Made by a program: the position numbers and the translations under genes. From an uncultured archaeon (lineage in GTDB: Archaea > Asgardarchaeota > Lokiarchaeia > Sigyniarchaeales > SOKP01): a stretch of DNA of 54,462 nt. Within the stretch, counting starts at the first letter, position 1; every line of letters starts with the position of its first letter. Below are positions 51,254 through 54,462 of the stretch, one piece after another. Under the pieces are notes generated by a model. The model was not told the origin of the DNA and ran no database searches. It saw only the letters and a program-made list of their open reading frames with translations. Location: positions 1 to 54,462 of the forward strand of contig CAZOYD010000019.1 of the NCBI GenBank assembly GCA_964583985.1, given 5' to 3'.

Positions 51254-51310
51254 ATCTCTAAATTTTTATTTTATAATATAGTGAAAAGGAAAATTAGCGA
51301 GGTAAAAGAT

Positions 51311-51505
51311 TTATTCTTTTTCTCTTATCTTCAATAAAGTTACTATGTATCCGGAAATCCGATTTCGTAAATGCTTTGAATCAGCTTCAATATATTTATC
51401 CAATAATCTCTTATTAGCCTCAAAATCTGTTGTAAAAACATCGGGATACTTATTAATTAACTCTTTTGAAACATTTTTAATTAAAATCGTTCTTACTTTT
51501 CCCAT
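51311..51505 (-). CDS. rps17e: 30S ribosomal protein S17e
   Basis: MGKVRT..IK, FTTDFE.NK, SKHLRNRISGYI. Confidence 0.97.
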   Translation of the reverse strand: MGKVRTILIKNVSKELINKYPDVFTTDFEANKRLLDKYIEADSKHLRNRISGYIVTLLKIREKE

Positions 51506-51613
51506 AATCTCATCTCAAGTTTTATTTATTAATCTACTTTAAATAGTCATTTCTAAAATAAATTTTTTTTGGATTTTGTATGACTTTTTATAATTTAGTG
51601 TGAAAAAAAATAT

Positions 51614-52819
51614 GTGGTTAGAAAAAGTATAATTTTGGTTCTCTTATGTATCGTGTTAGTTTTTTTGTTTTTTCCTCAATTCACATTTGGTTGGCCTTCT
51701 TGGGATATAATCTCCCTTCAATCAGATAAAGAGAACTACTATAACTATGAAAATATAGAAATTAATGCGTCGTGGAATTTATATTATGAAGAACAAGATT
51801 TTGTTTTCGTGCAAATTCATCTTATGAATGAATCTGAGGAAATTCTTTGGAAGTCACCAAAATATAATAATTCGGGATATAATGAAGATAATTGGATGAT
51901 TCATATCCCTAATTTGAATATCAAAATCAAAAATGACTCCATTTGTCTGTTTGTTAAATTTTGGATTTCTTTCAATGACCATGTCTCTTCAGGAGATATT
52001 TATGATCTTGAATTCCTCACTATAAATATAATAAAAGCAAATGTTACATGTGAGTTAAGTGGATTCAAAAACTCGATAATTTATGGTGAAGAAATTTCCT
52101 TACTAGCTAAATTCTATGAAACTAATAATAATTTACTTTTAATTAATAATACAATTAGGTTCAAAATTGAATGGGAGTTAGTAGTTTTATATCAATATGA
52201 TTTTAAGACAAATAATTCCGGGATTATTAAAACAAATATATCATCTGTCTCTCATTTATCTGTTGGGATGAACAATTTGAAATTTATAATAATAGGTAAT
52301 GAAATGTATAACAATTGTCAATTTTCTTATAAATTAAGGGTTGAAAAGATACCAATTTCTGGAGAAATCATTAGCGTTAATGGAATTGATAAAAACCAAG
52401 GAATAATTGAGGTCCAAAGTCATTTTTATTACAGTTTCAATCATAGTATCATTCCCTTACATAATTCTTTAGTTTCTGCGCAACTATATCAAGGAAATTC
52501 ACTAAAATATTCGAAATTCTTGAATACAAGCACTTTAGGGAAAACTTTGTTTACATTTTCGCTCGGATCGATTAATCTAGACAATAATAGTACGGAGGTA
52601 AATATTACGATTATTTACAATGGTAATGAATATCTACATAGTAAAATAGTTTCAAAAATTATTGATGTGGATGAGTTTATTTATCAAAATGTTTTAGATA
52701 CAATGGAACTTTTATATTTATCTAGTTTCTTCTCTTCAATTATTGTAATCGGTTTAATGATTACTAAAAAGAGAAGGGGGAGAGATAAAAATTTGGCAGA
52801 CCTTTATATTAGAATCTAA
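51614..52819 (+). CDS. Surface/secreted beta-rich protein with a signal peptide and C-terminal TM anchor
   Basis: N-terminal signal, many N-x-S/T sequons, Ig-like Y.GN..Y patterns, TM followed by KKRR. Confidence 0.75.
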   Translation: MVRKSIILVLLCIVLVFLFFPQFTFGWPSWDIISLQSDKENYYNYENIEINASWNLYYEEQDFVFVQIHLMNESEEILWKSPKYNNSGYNEDNWMIHIPNLNIKIKNDSICLFVKFWISFNDHVSSGDIYDLEFLTINIIKANVTCELSGFKNSIIYGEEISLLAKFYETNNNLLLINNTIRFKIEWELVVLYQYDFKTNNSGIIKTNISSVSHLSVGMNNLKFIIIGNEMYNNCQFSYKLRVEKIPISGEIISVNGIDKNQGIIEVQSHFYYSFNHSIIPLHNSLVSAQLYQGNSLKYSKFLNTSTLGKTLFTFSLGSINLDNNSTEVNITIIYNGNEYLHSKIVSKIIDVDEFIYQNVLDTMELLYLSSFFSSIIVIGLMITKKRRGRDKNLADLYIRI

Positions 52820-53010
52820 CTTATAAATCATATTAACCGACAAAAAAAAATTGCATGCGGTATTTACTGTATTCTTCATAGCACGATAAAGTATTGAATT
52901 ATAATGGTTAATTTTTTCATATTTAAGTTTATACTTTAAATCATAATATAAAAAATTATGACTCTGTTTTTGATTATAAACAATCACCGTCTTAATTCTA
53001 ATATTAAATT

Positions 53011-54231
53011 TTGCGGTTGAGCATTATGATGATTGATTACTTTGATGAATTATTAAAACAACCTTCCCTATTCAAGGATGAAAGTAAGCTTGATATAAAC
53101 TTTGTACCAAATAAATTACTCCATAGAGAAAAAGAATTATATTTATTATCCCAACTTTTCTTAGTTCTAATTACAAGTCCAAATTCAACATCTAGGAAAA
53201 TTTTAATAACAGGAAAAACAGGTGTGGGAAAAACTGCTACAGTGAAATACTTTGGAAATATGATAGTCGAAGCAGCACTAAAAAGACATGTGCTTATAAA
53301 ACACATTCATATAAATTGTCGTAAAGAAAGAACAAGTTATAAAGTGTTAATTAAAATTGTTGGGATTATAAACACTAACTTTCCAAAAAGGGGATTCTCA
53401 CCTCAGGAATTGTTGGAAATCATATTAGAAAATCTTAATAATCACGAGTCTCACTTATTAATTGTTTTAGATGAACTTAGCTATTTAATCAATGAAGGAG
53501 GAGATCTTATTTATTCTTTGACGAGACTAAACGAGGACTCTGTAAATTTAAAACAAAGAGTTTCAATAATCGGGATTGTAAGAGATATTACCTGTCTAAG
53601 CAAATTAGATGCTAGTACAATGAGCACACTTCAAAGAAATATAATTGAATTTAAAAATTATTCAAAAGAAGAGGTTTTTGATATTTTAAAATATAGATCA
53701 CATATTAGTCTAATAGAAAATGCAATCTCTGATGATTTAATGGAATCTGTCACAGATTTAGTCCATAGTAAAGGTGATATTAGATATGGTCTGAATCTGA
53801 TATGGCGAGCGTGTAAGATTGCTGAAAGAAAGCATTTACGACAAATTAATGCAGAATGCATACGTTTAGGTAATCAAGATTTAATTCCATTTTCTGTTCA
53901 AGATATATTGATTTATTTAAATGAACAAAAATTAATCTTTCTCATTTCAATAATTCGAGGATTGAAGCAAAGTGGGAAAACTCAAATTTCTATTATGGAA
54001 GTCATTAACACCTACAAAATGATTTGTGAAAACTTGGATATCAGCTGTCGCTCATATTCTCAATTATGGAATTATCTGCAAGAATTCAAACGAGATAATT
54101 TCATTACAGTTCTAGTCAAAAGTGAATCTTTTAAAGGCAGAAAAGGATTAATTGAAATACCAGAATTTTCATTGATTAAACTTGAAGCTGAGATTACAAG
54201 AATTTTAAAGTCTAAGGGAATTTTATTATGA
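53011..54231 (+). CDS. cdc6: Orc1/Cdc6 family AAA+ replication initiator (likely start ATG 53026)
   Basis: F.P..L.HRE.E, GKTGVGKT, HINC, IVLDE, F..YS.EE...IL, GDIR. Confidence 0.95.
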   Translation: MRLSIMMIDYFDELLKQPSLFKDESKLDINFVPNKLLHREKELYLLSQLFLVLITSPNSTSRKILITGKTGVGKTATVKYFGNMIVEAALKRHVLIKHIHINCRKERTSYKVLIKIVGIINTNFPKRGFSPQELLEIILENLNNHESHLLIVLDELSYLINEGGDLIYSLTRLNEDSVNLKQRVSIIGIVRDITCLSKLDASTMSTLQRNIIEFKNYSKEEVFDILKYRSHISLIENAISDDLMESVTDLVHSKGDIRYGLNLIWRACKIAERKHLRQINAECIRLGNQDLIPFSVQDILIYLNEQKLIFLISIIRGLKQSGKTQISIMEVINTYKMICENLDISCRSYSQLWNYLQEFKRDNFITVLVKSESFKGRKGLIEIPEFSLIKLEAEITRILKSKGILL

Positions 54232-54462
54232 TATTAAGTCATGAAAACAATATAGAAAATCTATTTGGTTCTCGTGCTAAAATTAAGATTTTGAAAACAT
54301 TAGCTGCAAATAATGAACTTTCTATAACTCAAATAATTAGAAATACTAAATTAAACCATTCAAGTGTAACATCTCATTTGAACCATCTAAAATTACTTAA
54401 TTTAGTGCAAGAAAAAAATTTTGGGCGGATTAAGATTTTCAGATATAAAAATGAAAATTTAA
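54228..54462 (+). CDS. ArsR-like winged-helix regulator (3'-truncated)
   Basis: ATGA overlap with cdc6; MILSHENNIENLFGSRAKIKILK.L...ELSITQI....LNHSSV..HL..L. Confidence 0.8.
   Translation, partial: MILSHENNIENLFGSRAKIKILKTLAANNELSITQIIRNTKLNHSSVTSHLNHLKLLNLVQEKNFGRIKIFRYKNENL

Noticed and set aside
52820-53010. Replication origin upstream of cdc6
   Set aside because: AT-rich with short inverted repeats, but no recognisable ORB (TTCCAGTGGAAAC-like) repeats

Overview
An AT-rich, gene-dense housekeeping region of an Asgard archaeon, most likely Lokiarchaeota/Promethearchaeota. The assignment rests on an archaeal 16S rRNA, TFB, thermosome and Cdc6, together with eukaryotic-signature proteins: profilin, a Rab-like GTPase, two MglA-like GTPases, tandem roadblock proteins, a DENN-like protein, a RING-like protein and RPA1/RPA2-like subunits. 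The window holds about 55 CDSs, one 16S rRNA followed by tRNA-Ala with no linked 23S, and 7 tRNA genes. No mobile elements or CRISPR arrays were seen. Four things stand out. (1) Three genes (aIF1/SUI1, ADH synthase and a second TFB), and probably a PAC4-like gene, have conserved N-termini with no in-frame ATG/GTG/TTG. Each has an ATT/ATA codon 6-9 nt after an SD-like motif, pointing to AUU/AUA initiation; for the fidelity factor aIF1 this resembles infC-type autoregulation. (2) Six of the seven tRNAs carry 10 BHB-type introns, only one at the canonical 37/38 site, including a three-intron tRNA-Asn. (3) A roadblock-roadblock / DENN-like / MglA-like GTPase operon faces a second MglA-like GTPase. 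(4) An unidentified structured RNA runs off the left edge. All calls come from manual motif reading; no database searches were run.
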